Source: an uncultured delta proteobacterium
GTDB taxonomy: Bacteria; Myxococcota_A; Polyangia; Polyangiales; Houyiibacteriaceae
Assembly: GCA_963699755.1 (NCBI GenBank)
Contig: CAVOVB010000004.1
Span: 64,001 to 128,000 of the forward strand
Length of the DNA: 64,000 nucleotides
Direction: 5' to 3'
The notes under the pieces are model-generated. The model ran no database searches. It was not told the DNA's origin and worked only from the letters and a program-made list of their open reading frames with translations. Positions 1 to 9,394 of this stretch are shown here, piece by piece (the stretch's first letter is position 1; each line of letters opens with the position of its first letter). A program made the position numbers and the translations under genes.

Positions 1-651
1 TCCATGCTTGCGAAAGACATGAAGGAGCTCCGCATCGATTTCGTATTCGTGCATGCCGGGGCGCGCGAGCCGCATTGCACGCAGGTGAGCCTCTCTGGTG
101 ATCGCCGCTGCCTGCCTCATCGTCGCGATTTCGTCTGTGCTCTTGCGTAGGCGCATCTCGTGCAAGTGAACGGAGGAATCGATGATCGCCGCGGGCGCGG
201 TTACGCCGCGGCGCTCGCCTCTTCGGAGCTGGTTGAGGCAATTGAAAACCTTGGCATCCGCCTCGTCGTTTTGCGCGAGGCGATAGTGGAGACGCTCGAC
301 GTTTCCGAGGTAGTCGGGGAGCTTGCCCGGGAGCTCTTCGATCGGAAAGGCGACATCGGCGCCAAAATCCTCGACTGCACCTTCGATGCCTGCGCGAGGC
401 CCATCCCAGATTTCCCGCTCGCGCTTCTTCGGGCGAACGAAAAGGACCACCTCGTGCTCCGCGTGTTGATTGGTTAGCAGAAGCAGGCTTTCGGGCTCAT
501 CCAAGCCGCTGAGATAGTAGAGGTCGCTGTCCTGCCGGTACGGGTGCCCGACGTCGTGGTTGCGAATGGCGAGGGGGGTCGACGGAAACAGCGCGACACC
601 GTCACCCATGGCTTCGAGAAGCTGCTTGCGGCGTGCGGCGAACTCCGACAT
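1..651 (-). CDS. pepP: Xaa-Pro aminopeptidase (aminopeptidase P), 5' part; runs off the left edge
   Basis: Not in the ORF track. Manual translation from ATG at 651 gives MSEFAARRKQLLEAM..RNHDVGHPYRQDSDLYYLSGLDEPES..EREIWDGPRAG..LHEMRLRKSTDEIATMRQAAAIT..PGMHEYEI, i.e. the AMP_N domain plus the start of the M24 domain. Confidence 0.93.
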   Translation of the reverse strand, partial: MSEFAARRKQLLEAMGDGVALFPSTPLAIRNHDVGHPYRQDSDLYYLSGLDEPESLLLLTNQHAEHEVVLFVRPKKREREIWDGPRAGIEGAVEDFGADVAFPIEELPGKLPDYLGNVERLHYRLAQNDEADAKVFNCLNQLRRGERRGVTAPAAIIDSSVHLHEMRLRKSTDEIATMRQAAAITREAHLRAMRLARPGMHEYEIDAELLHVFRKHG

Positions 652-667
652 CGATCCAGCCTAGCAG

Positions 668-2215
668 TTAGCTTCGGGGCTGCATCTCGCCGCTCTTGTA
701 GCGGCTCCAATAGCTCATCAGCGCATCTCGAACCTTGCCGCTCAACAAGACCGCACCGAGAATGTTGGGGAACGACATGCCGAGGATCATCAGGTCCGAG
801 AAGTCGATCACGTTTCCGAGCTTCAAGACGGAGCCGAGCACGACGAATCCTAGAAAGAGCACTCGGTAGGCCATCGAGAACTGCGCTCCAAAAAGGAAGG
901 CCCAGCAACGCTCGCCGTAGTAACTCCAGGAAATCATCGTCGAGAATGCAAATAGGAACACCGCCAGGCTGAGCACGTTCGGGAACCAGGGAAGAACCGT
1001 CGCGAAGGCTTTGGAGGTCATGAGCACGCCTTCGTGGCCTCCGCCCTCGTATGCGCCGGTGATCACCACGACGAGGCCTGTCATCGTGCAGACCAGAATC
1101 GTATCGATGAAGGGCTCGAGTAGGGCCACGATGCCTTCGCGTACCGGTTCGTCGGTTGCAGCCGCGGAGTGCGCGATCGACGCGGAACCCACGCCGGCTT
1201 CGTTCGAGAAGGCTGCGCGCCGAAAGCCGGTGACCAAGACGCCGAGCGCTCCACCAAAGCCTGCCTCTGGTGTGAACGCCTCGCCGACGATTTTCCCAAG
1301 AGCTGTACCGACCCGATCGAAGTTCGTGAGGATGATGAAAAGCCCGGCCACCAAGTAGATGCCGCACATCACCGGGACGATGAAGCCTGCGACCTGACCG
1401 ATCCGGCGGATGCCTCCGATGATGACGACACCGACCAAGAACGCCAGGATCAACCCGTAAGCGAGCGCGCCCCAACCGCCCGCGAAAAAGGGAAGGACGT
1501 CAGCGACCTGGGCATAGCTCTGGTTTGCTTGGAACATGTTGCCGCCGCCGAAGCTTCCACCGATGCACATGATCGCGAACATGACTGCGAGCACTCGACC
1601 GAGACGGGGGAGGCCGAGTTGATCGAGGCCGTACTGGAGGTAGCGCATAGGTCCACCGAGGATCTGTCCGTCCTCGCCGACCTCGCGGTACATCTGTCCG
1701 AGGGTGCACTCGGTGAACTTCGATGACATGCCGAGGAAGCCCGCCACGATCATCCAGAAGACGGCCCCCGGTCCGCCCACCGCCACCGCCACCGCCACCC
1801 CGGCGATGTTTCCAAGTCCAACCGTCGCCGACAAGGCAGAGGAGAGCGCCTGGAAGTGAGTGACCTCGCCGGGATCATCGGGATCGTCGTAGCGGCCGGT
1901 CGTCACGATCCAGGCGTGCTTGAACGCGCGGATGTTGACAAAGCCGAAGCGGAGCGTGAAAAATACGGCCCCCGCGATGAGCCAGAAGACGATGAAGGGG
2001 AGCTGCAGGTCCTCCGCGCTGTCATTGTCCCAGAAAATCAGGTCGAAAAACAGCACCTTCGCGATCGGGGCGACGACCATGGCACCGAACCCCGCGTCGA
2101 CCGATTTCAAGACGCCGGCGATTCCGGAATCTCCAGATTCCTTGGCTTGTGCGTAGCTCAGCTGAGGCCACAAACACACCCATGAGACGGCGATTGATGT
2201 CAGCCGTTTGGCCAT
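668..2215 (-). CDS. Sodium:alanine/glycine symporter (AGCS family)
   Basis: Motifs FQALSSALSATVGLGNIAGVA, GGPGAVFWM, GGNMFQANQ, RAAFSNEAGVGS, FIDT..VCTMT; many TM segments. Start moved to ATG 2215 (MAKRL); the track's upstream extension overlaps the next gene. Confidence 0.93.
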   Translation of the reverse strand: MAKRLTSIAVSWVCLWPQLSYAQAKESGDSGIAGVLKSVDAGFGAMVVAPIAKVLFFDLIFWDNDSAEDLQLPFIVFWLIAGAVFFTLRFGFVNIRAFKHAWIVTTGRYDDPDDPGEVTHFQALSSALSATVGLGNIAGVAVAVAVGGPGAVFWMIVAGFLGMSSKFTECTLGQMYREVGEDGQILGGPMRYLQYGLDQLGLPRLGRVLAVMFAIMCIGGSFGGGNMFQANQSYAQVADVLPFFAGGWGALAYGLILAFLVGVVIIGGIRRIGQVAGFIVPVMCGIYLVAGLFIILTNFDRVGTALGKIVGEAFTPEAGFGGALGVLVTGFRRAAFSNEAGVGSASIAHSAAATDEPVREGIVALLEPFIDTILVCTMTGLVVVITGAYEGGGHEGVLMTSKAFATVLPWFPNVLSLAVFLFAFSTMISWSYYGERCWAFLFGAQFSMAYRVLFLGFVVLGSVLKLGNVIDFSDLMILGMSFPNILGAVLLSGKVRDALMSYWSRYKSGEMQPRS

Positions 2216-2311
2216 TGTTCGGGCGAACCATGGCACAACCCCACATTTCTCTCTACTTTTATCTATATCAAAAATTTCGCTTGAAAATGCAATTCTGCGG
2301 TACTGAGGATC

Positions 2312-3490
2312 ATGCCTTTCCTCGGTAGGGCTGCGCTCGTGATCCTTGCCGTCCTGGCATCGCCGGCGATCGTCGGCGCCCAATGCCCGACGGACGACCT
2401 CGACGCGAACGGTGTTTCCGACGCCTGCCCCCCCGGCTCGAACTACATCGCGGCACCGGCCGGCTCTGACTTCCTCTTCGGCACCAACGGCGACGAGTGC
2501 ATCTTCAGCTTCGACGGCGACGGTGGTGTCAGCAACTGCCCGACGATCACCTGCGCGGCGATCCAGGACTTCGATCTACTCCGCACGGACAACGGCCCGG
2601 TGGTGACCTGGAATACGACGACCTAGGTTGGGGCAGTTGCATTTCGGATCTGGCGCCTCGACGAAAATGGCGCGCTCGCCTGAATCGGCGAGGTCGGAGC
2701 CTCCGCAGAGGGCTCGCCGCTAGGCCGAAGCACTACGGCGAGGTTCCGCTGAGCGAATCCGGCGATTTGAGCTTCACCGCCGAGGAAGCCGCTCTTCGTT
2801 TTCTCGCTGCAACAGCGGAAGGTGTTGCGGCCCCGACGGAGGTCAGGCCGCACTTTGGCACGAACCTTCGCTCGACTAGCTTGGCGGTGGACTACCTGAT
2901 CCATCGCTGCGTCTCATCTACCCGGGGATGCACAGGCCTTGGCCGACTGTCGTGAAGCCGACGGCTATCGCGTTCTCTTGCTCGATATCGAGGATGTCTT
3001 CTGGGAGTTCGCCAATGCTTCGCGCCTTCTCAGCAACTGGATTGCGCCCAAGCGCACGCGCGAAATCGACCTCGATGGCGAGAACCTCGAAGAGGCGCGG
3101 GATCGATTGTTCTCCATGTGGCAGCAGTCGCGTGGCTGGCTGAGCTACGTCGGACACGGCCGCCATGCTTCGGGGGCATCGGGCAGCAGCCGCGAGCCCG
3201 TAGAACTGCATCGGGTGTACATCCTCCTCGGAGATCCGGCGCTGCGCCTCCGAGTCGCCTCGCCGGATCCAAGTCCGGACGCCGACCCGCGCAACGATCC
3301 TCCGGGAGTCGATGTGACCGGCGAAGCCGATCCTGTCCTCGACGCCCGGCCAAGCTCGACGTCTGGCTGCGAAATCAAGCCTTCACAGAGGGCAGGGGGA
3401 CCGTTCGAGCCAGCCGTTTTGCTCCTGGGTCTCGCGCTGCTCATCGGTCGGCGCCGCACAGGGCGAAAACAGCCTCGCGCCCTTCATTGA
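2312..3490 (+). pseudogene. Degraded secreted C25-family (gingipain-like) cysteine peptidase with MYXO-CTERM-like tail
   Basis: Signal peptide and DLDANGVSDAC Ca-binding-like motif; in-frame stops TAG 2624-2626 and TGA 2681-2683; frame changes; C25-like fragments DYLIH, GYRVLLLDIEDVFWEF, SYVGHG, YILLGDPALRL; C-terminal SGC..hydrophobic..RRR. Confidence 0.72.
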
Positions 3491-3560
3491 CACCCCCTGG
3501 GGCTGATACTAAGCATCCTGCGAGCGTCGCGACCCGCCTCGCCCTGGAGACCGCCCCTCT

Positions 3561-3920
3561 ATGTTCTCGGCCTATTTTCCGGTGTTCCTGATGCTTGGCG
3601 TCGCCTTGCTGGTCGCCCTCGCCGTCTTCGGCCTGACGACGGTGCTCGGGCCGAAGAACATGACGGCCGAAAAGGCGATTCCGTACGAGTCGGGCTCGGA
3701 GACGACCGGCGCGAGCCACATTCGGCTTAGCATCAAGTTTTACCTCACCGCGATCCTCTTCGTGGTCTTCGACATCGAGGCGGTCTTTCTCTACCCCTGG
3801 GCGAGCCTGTTCACCAAGCTCGGCTGGCTGGGGTTCGTCGAGATGCTCCTCTTCCTCGTCGTTCTGGGCGTGACTCTGGTCTACGCCTGGAGAAAGGGAG
3901 CGCTCGAATGGGAGAGCTGA
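3561..3920 (+). CDS. nuoA: NADH-quinone oxidoreductase subunit A
   Basis: PYESG and FYLTAILFVVFDIEAVFLYPW motifs, KGALEW C-terminus, three TM segments. Confidence 0.96.
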   Translation: MFSAYFPVFLMLGVALLVALAVFGLTTVLGPKNMTAEKAIPYESGSETTGASHIRLSIKFYLTAILFVVFDIEAVFLYPWASLFTKLGWLGFVEMLLFLVVLGVTLVYAWRKGALEWES

Positions 3921-4453
3921 AAGTCCTCAATGGGGGTGGCGAGGTCGCGGTGACCACGCGCCTGAGTGACCTGCTCCAATGGGCTCGGAAATGGTCGCTG
4001 TTCCAATACCCGTTTGTAACCGCCTGTTGCGGCATGGAGTTCATGGCCACGGCTGCGCCACGATACGACATCGCCCGCTTCGGCGCCGAGGCCCCGCGGT
4101 TCAGCCCTCGACAATCGGACGTGCTCTGGGTGGTCGGGACCATCAGCCAGCGGCAGGGCCCCGTGGTGCGTCGCATTTGGGAGCAGATGGCAGACCCGAA
4201 GTGGGTCATCGCCTTCGGAACCTGCGCTTCGTGCGGTGGCTTCTACGACAACTACACCACGATTCCCGGCGTCGACAAAGTCATTCCGGTGGACGTGTAC
4301 ATTCCGGGTTGCCCGCCTCGTCCCGAGGCCGTGCTCGATGCGCTGATGCTCCTTCAGGAGAAGATCCAGGCCAACGATCGCAAGCCCATCGTGGTTCCGC
4401 CGAAGCTGGTAGCTGAGCGCGCGCCGGGTCGAACGGTTAAGGGCAAGTCATGA
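3908..4453 (+). CDS. nuoB: NADH-quinone oxidoreductase subunit B
   Basis: N2 cluster motifs TACCGME, FSPRQSD, GTCASCGG, PVDVYIPGCPPRPE. Confidence 0.97.
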   Translation: MGELKVLNGGGEVAVTTRLSDLLQWARKWSLFQYPFVTACCGMEFMATAAPRYDIARFGAEAPRFSPRQSDVLWVVGTISQRQGPVVRRIWEQMADPKWVIAFGTCASCGGFYDNYTTIPGVDKVIPVDVYIPGCPPRPEAVLDALMLLQEKIQANDRKPIVVPPKLVAERAPGRTVKGKS

Positions 4454-5178
4454 GCCAGGCCGTCGTCGACCGGCTCCGCGCGCAGTTCGGCGAACGCATC
4501 CTCGAGACGAGCGATGCGTTTGGCGACCACGAGGTCCGGGTTGCAGTCAAGGATTGGGTGGACGTCGCGCGGTTCATGAAAGACGACGCCGAGCTCCAGA
4601 TGGACCACTTCATCGATCTCACCGCAATCGACTACCCCGAGCGCCAAGCCGCGCGCTTCGATGTCACGCTCACGATGCGCTCGTCGCGCAACGGTGCACG
4701 GATTAGGGTGCGCACACAGGTGAGGGACAGCGAGGAGCCCGGTACCCTCAGCGGGATCTGGGCTGGCGCCAACTGGGCCGAGCGCGAAGTCTGGGACATG
4801 TTCGGCATCAAGTTCAAAGACCACCCAGACATGCGCCGCATCCTGCTGTACGAAGAGTTCGTAGGGCATCCGCTGCGGAAGGACTATCCGATCGACAAAG
4901 CGCAGCCCTTGGTGCCCTATCGAGAGGAGAGCGAAATCGTGAAGCTGCCACCCTTTGGCATCGAAGAGGGCCAGCCCTTCGCACGGATCGACTGGGAGTC
5001 CCGCCTTGCCGGTCGCGACTATCAAGTGTCCCCTTCGATCGGCGTTCAGCAAGGTCAGCGGCGAACGCTGAGCGACTCCGAAGCCGCCGAGCAGATTCAA
5101 GCACGCATCGAGGCGCGGATGGCGCGGGAAGCGGCGGAGGCGTCCGACGAGACCTCGAAGGAAGGTTCGGGGGAGTAG
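4450..5178 (+). CDS. nuoC: NADH-quinone oxidoreductase subunit C
   Basis: ANWAEREVWDMFGI..HPDMRRILLYEEFVGHPLRKDYP; ATGA overlap with nuoB. Confidence 0.96.
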   Translation: MSQAVVDRLRAQFGERILETSDAFGDHEVRVAVKDWVDVARFMKDDAELQMDHFIDLTAIDYPERQAARFDVTLTMRSSRNGARIRVRTQVRDSEEPGTLSGIWAGANWAEREVWDMFGIKFKDHPDMRRILLYEEFVGHPLRKDYPIDKAQPLVPYREESEIVKLPPFGIEEGQPFARIDWESRLAGRDYQVSPSIGVQQGQRRTLSDSEAAEQIQARIEARMAREAAEASDETSKEGSGE

Positions 5179-6396
5179 ATGGAGCCCGCTGACGAGTTGA
5201 CCAACGAAGAAATCGCGCTGGAGCTTTCCGAGGAGCCGATGCGCCTGAACATGGGCCCGTCGCACCCAGCGATGCACGGCACCATTCGCATGGTCCTCGA
5301 TTTAGATGGCGAGAACCTCGTCAATCTGGACGTGCAGCCAGGCTACTTGCACCGCGGCTTCGAGAAGTCCTGCGAGCGCGGCACCTGGGCCCAGGTCTTC
5401 CCCTACGCCGACCGCCTCAACTACGTTTCACCGATGCTCAACAACGTTGGCTGGGCGCTGGCCGTCGAGAAGCTTCTTCAAATCGAAGTGCCGGAGCGTT
5501 GCCAATACTACCGAGTCATCCTCGGAGAGCTCTCGCGTGTCGCCGACCACTTCACTTGCAACGGGGCTTCAGCGATGGAGCTCGGCGCATTCACGCCGTT
5601 CCTCTGGCTGCTCAAGGTCCGCGATTGGGTTTGGGACATTCTGGAGCGCGAAACCGGTGCCCGCATGACCCATAGCTTCGGGCGCATCGGCGGCATGGCT
5701 GCGCCTCCGACAGCGAACTTCAAAGACGACGTGCTTCAGCTGATTCCGGAGATTCACAAGGTCGTGAAGGAGACGGAGATCATGCTTCTCCGGAACCGAA
5801 TCTTCCTCGATCGAATGCAGGGCGTCGGCGTCCTGACCAAAGAGCAGGCGCTGTCGTACGGCGTCACCGGGCCGGTGGCGCGCTCCACGGGCATTCCCTA
5901 TGACGTCCGCAAGGATCATCCATACCTGGTCTACGACCGCTTCGACTTCGACGTGCCGGTCGGCGAGGATGGCGACAACTGGGACCGCTTCATGGTGCGC
6001 CTCGAAGAAATTCGGCAGTCGGTCCGAATCATCGAGCAGGCTATCGCGCAGATGCCCGACGAAGGCCCGGTCGACGTCGACGACCCGCGCATCGTTTATC
6101 CGGACAAGGACTCGGTCTACAAGACGATCGAAGGCACCATCGCCCACTTCAAGCTGGTCATGGAAGGGCTTCGCACGCCGAAGGGCGAGGTCTATAGCTT
6201 CACCGAAGGCGGCAACGGTGAGCTCGGCTTCCACATCGTGTCGGATGGCAGCGGCACGCCTTACCGCGTCCGCGTTCGACCGCCGTGCTGGTACAACCTC
6301 GCTGCCGCCCGTGAAATGCTCCTCGGCGGAATGATCGCCGACATCATTCCGACTTTCGGATCGGTCAATATGATCGGCGGCGAGTGTGATCGGTGA
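5179..6396 (+). CDS. nuoD: NADH-quinone oxidoreductase subunit D
   Basis: NMGPSHPAMHG, GYLHRGFEK, DRLNY, C-terminal GECDR. Confidence 0.97.
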   Translation: MEPADELTNEEIALELSEEPMRLNMGPSHPAMHGTIRMVLDLDGENLVNLDVQPGYLHRGFEKSCERGTWAQVFPYADRLNYVSPMLNNVGWALAVEKLLQIEVPERCQYYRVILGELSRVADHFTCNGASAMELGAFTPFLWLLKVRDWVWDILERETGARMTHSFGRIGGMAAPPTANFKDDVLQLIPEIHKVVKETEIMLLRNRIFLDRMQGVGVLTKEQALSYGVTGPVARSTGIPYDVRKDHPYLVYDRFDFDVPVGEDGDNWDRFMVRLEEIRQSVRIIEQAIAQMPDEGPVDVDDPRIVYPDKDSVYKTIEGTIAHFKLVMEGLRTPKGEVYSFTEGGNGELGFHIVSDGSGTPYRVRVRPPCWYNLAAAREMLLGGMIADIIPTFGSVNMIGGECDR

Positions 6397-6399
6397 GCG

Positions 6400-7974
6400 A
6401 TGCCTAAATTCACTTTAGACGGCAAAGAGATCAGCTTCGAGTCCGGCGAGACCGTCATGCAGGCGGCCTGGCGTGAGGGCGTCGAGATCCCGCACTACTG
6501 CTGGCATCCCGGTCTGTCGATTGCGGCGAACTGCAGAATGTGCCTAGTGCATGTCGAGAGCGGCCGGCAGATGGAAATGCCGCAGCTCGTGTTCGACGAG
6601 GCCCAGGGTGAGTATGTGCCGGCCACCAAGCCCAAGCTTCAGCCGGCCTGCCAGCTCGCGGCCACCGACGAGATGGTGGTCTCGTCGACGAACGACGAGG
6701 TCAAAAAGGCGCAGGCGGCGGTGCAGGAGTTCTTGCTCCTCAACCATCCGGTAGACTGCCCCATCTGCGATCAGGCTGGCGAGTGCAAGCTCCAGGACTA
6801 CTACTACGAGCACCAGGGTACGGCGAAGCGGAAGCTCACCGAGCCGGTGCACAAGCCGAAGGGCGTTCGCTTCGGGCCGACCATCATCTATGACGCGGAG
6901 CGTTGTATCATGTGCACGCGCTGTATTCGGGTCTGTGACGAGGTCGCCAAAGACCACGTTCTCGACATGCGAGAACGCGGCAACCGCAATGAGATCATCC
7001 TCGCACCCGGCAGGGAGCTCGACCACAAGTACACGTTGATGACCGAGCACGTTTGCCCAGTCGGGGCGCTGACAAGCCAGGATTTCCGCTTCAAGGCGCG
7101 GGTCTGGTTCCTCAAATCGGCCCCAAGCGTCTGCACGGGATGCGCGACCGGCTGCAACACCCACGCCGACTATGACCCGCGCAACGGTAAGATCTACCGC
7201 CTTCGCCCACGCGATAACGAAGAGGTCAACAAGTTCTGGATGTGCGACGAAGGCATGATGACCTACATGCGCCACGATATCGATCGCCTGCTGATGCCAA
7301 CCGAGGGGCGCGGCGGAGAGCGGATGCCGCTGGGAGAAGGCGAAGCACTCGATCTCGCTGCTCAGAAGCTCAAGGCGGTGGACGGCGACAAGCTCGCGTT
7401 CGTCCTCAGCGCTCAGCACAGCACCGAAGACAATCTCGCGCTGGTGAAGCTCGCCTCCGCTCTGGGCTCTGGGGAGCTCTACCTGGCCGCGCTCGGCGGA
7501 TGGGAAGGCGACGACATACTCCGCAGCGACGACAACAACCCAAACCGCGCCGGCGCGACCCAGGCAGCCGGCGGTGCCCGCTTGAAGTCGGTGGCAGAGC
7601 TGATCGACGAGGTTCAAACGGGAACGGTGCAGGGGGTGCTCGCACTCGGCTGGGCCAGCGCCGAAGAGCTCGAGGAGCTAGCGCCTCTGCTTGCCTTGGA
7701 CGGGGTCATCTCACTCACGAGCCACCTCGGCGCGCTGCCCGCCGTCGCGTCCGTCGCCATTCCGGTTGCCGATACCTTCGAGATCGACGGGAGCTTTGTG
7801 AACGCCAAGGGCATGTCCCAGTCCTTCGGGCCCGTCTTGCCGAAGCCCGCCGGCGTCGACCCTGCTTGGAAGACGATTGGGGAGCTGGCGCGGAAGCTGG
7901 GCAAGGACCTCGGCTTCGAGGATCTCCCGGGCCTGCGCCAGGGCTTAGTGGACGCCGCGGAGGCAGCCCAGTGA
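6400..7974 (+). CDS. nuoG: NADH-quinone oxidoreductase subunit G (short form, 524 aa)
   Basis: CWHPGLSIAANCRMC (N1b), NHPVDCPICDQAGEC (N5), CIMCTRC..CPVGAL (N4), CTGCATGC..C (N7-type). Confidence 0.93.
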   Translation: MPKFTLDGKEISFESGETVMQAAWREGVEIPHYCWHPGLSIAANCRMCLVHVESGRQMEMPQLVFDEAQGEYVPATKPKLQPACQLAATDEMVVSSTNDEVKKAQAAVQEFLLLNHPVDCPICDQAGECKLQDYYYEHQGTAKRKLTEPVHKPKGVRFGPTIIYDAERCIMCTRCIRVCDEVAKDHVLDMRERGNRNEIILAPGRELDHKYTLMTEHVCPVGALTSQDFRFKARVWFLKSAPSVCTGCATGCNTHADYDPRNGKIYRLRPRDNEEVNKFWMCDEGMMTYMRHDIDRLLMPTEGRGGERMPLGEGEALDLAAQKLKAVDGDKLAFVLSAQHSTEDNLALVKLASALGSGELYLAALGGWEGDDILRSDDNNPNRAGATQAAGGARLKSVAELIDEVQTGTVQGVLALGWASAEELEELAPLLALDGVISLTSHLGALPAVASVAIPVADTFEIDGSFVNAKGMSQSFGPVLPKPAGVDPAWKTIGELARKLGKDLGFEDLPGLRQGLVDAAEAAQ

Positions 7975-9386
7975 CCACGACCTTCCTCGTCGTCTCGTCC
8001 TTGGTCAAGGTATTGGTGATCCTCGTAATCACCGTCGGCACCTTCGCTCCGATCCTGATTTGGGCCGAGCGTCGACAGAGCGCCATGATTCAAGATCGCC
8101 TCGGCCCGAGTCGAGCCGCCATCACCCTTCCGGCCTCCGCCGTGGCTTTCATCGATCGTGTACGGCTCCCCATGTGGCGCCTCGCGGCCTTGACCGGCAT
8201 CGTGGCCATCGTTGCGCTGGTCACGCTCACCTTCATCGCCATCAAGGGAGACAATCCGCTCTCGATTTCGACCTCCGCACTGACGGCAACTCTGGTCGGC
8301 TTTGGCGCTGCGTCGATTCTGCTTCGCGCGGGCTACGGGGTGCACAGCATGATCGTCCGCAATGGTGGCAAGATCATGCTCCTCGGTCTTCTTCACCCCT
8401 TGGCGGACGCCATGAAGTTCATCTTCAAGGAAGACTTCGTCCCTCCAAAGGCTGACAAGCTCCTCTTCTCCGCAGGCCCGATCATCGCGCTCGTCCCAAC
8501 GATCGCTGCCTTCGCGGTCATCCCGTTCGCGAGCACGCTGCACTGGGACTACCTCAACCAGGTGCTCCCGCGGACCGGCGAAATCGCCGGCCCGGCGGTT
8601 CCCATGCAAGTCGCGAGCATCAACGTCGGCATCCTCTTCATCTTCGCCATCGCGAGCACCGGCATCATTGGCGCCGCGATATCGGGCTACGCCTCTGACA
8701 ACAAGTACTCTTTGCTCGGTGGCATCCGCGCCGCCAGCCAGATGGTCAGCTACGAGGTCGTGCTCGGCCTCACCCTCGTGCCGGCCTTCATGGTCTACGC
8801 CTCGCTCCGGCTCGAGGACATGGCGACCTGGCAGTACGACCACGTCTGGGGAGTCTTCATTCCGCCCCTGACCCTCGCCGCGATCAACTTCTTCGTCGCT
8901 GCGGTTGCCGAAACGAAGCGCGTTCCGTTCGACCTTCCCGAGGGGGAGAGCGAGCTGGTCGGAGGCTACCTCACCGAATATTCGGGAATGAAATTCGGAA
9001 TGTTTTTCATGGGGGAGTTCGTCGAGGTCGTCTCACTCGCTGCGCTGGCCTCCGTGATTTTCCTCGGCGGCTGGGACGTGCCGTTCCTCTACCGAGACGG
9101 CTTCGAGCTATCCCTCCCATTCGCCGCTGCGAGCGTCTCGGTGCCGCTCGTCCATTGGCTCGTCGTCGCCATTCAGTTCGTCGTCTTCCTCTTCAAGATC
9201 ATCGTTCTGATTTGGTTTCAGCTGATGATTCGCTGGTCGCTTCCGCGATTCCGCTACGACCAGCTGATGTCTCTTTGCTGGAAGGGCCTCCTGCCCGTCT
9301 CTCTGCTCAACATCCTGGTTGTCGGCGCCTTCATCCTCTCGGGTTGGCTCGAGGGCTGGGTCGCCTTTTTCGAGAAGATCTTCTGA
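7971..9386 (+). CDS. nuoH: NADH-quinone oxidoreductase subunit H with internal insertion
   Basis: GTG start overlaps the nuoG stop; WAERR..IQDRLGP, ADAMKFIFKED, NKYSLLGGIRA..QMVSYE, AETKRVPFDLPEGESELVGGY.TEYSG, PRFRYDQLM. Confidence 0.96.
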   Translation: MTTTFLVVSSLVKVLVILVITVGTFAPILIWAERRQSAMIQDRLGPSRAAITLPASAVAFIDRVRLPMWRLAALTGIVAIVALVTLTFIAIKGDNPLSISTSALTATLVGFGAASILLRAGYGVHSMIVRNGGKIMLLGLLHPLADAMKFIFKEDFVPPKADKLLFSAGPIIALVPTIAAFAVIPFASTLHWDYLNQVLPRTGEIAGPAVPMQVASINVGILFIFAIASTGIIGAAISGYASDNKYSLLGGIRAASQMVSYEVVLGLTLVPAFMVYASLRLEDMATWQYDHVWGVFIPPLTLAAINFFVAAVAETKRVPFDLPEGESELVGGYLTEYSGMKFGMFFMGEFVEVVSLAALASVIFLGGWDVPFLYRDGFELSLPFAAASVSVPLVHWLVVAIQFVVFLFKIIVLIWFQLMIRWSLPRFRYDQLMSLCWKGLLPVSLLNILVVGAFILSGWLEGWVAFFEKIF

Positions 9387-9394
9387 GGTCGCCC

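Noticed and set aside
2624..2683. In-frame TAG/TGA as possible pyrrolysine or selenocysteine recoding
   Set aside because: Accompanied by frameshifts and deletions, and TAG/TGA are ordinary stops throughout the window; decay is the simpler explanation.
3487..3516. TTGACA upstream of nuoA as a promoter
   Set aside because: Good -35 but no convincing -10 at 16-18 bp, so not called.
7242..7970. 714-aa ORF suggesting a long N-terminal extension of NuoH
   Set aside because: The upstream part is an Arg-rich off-frame reading inside nuoG; the real start is GTG 7971.
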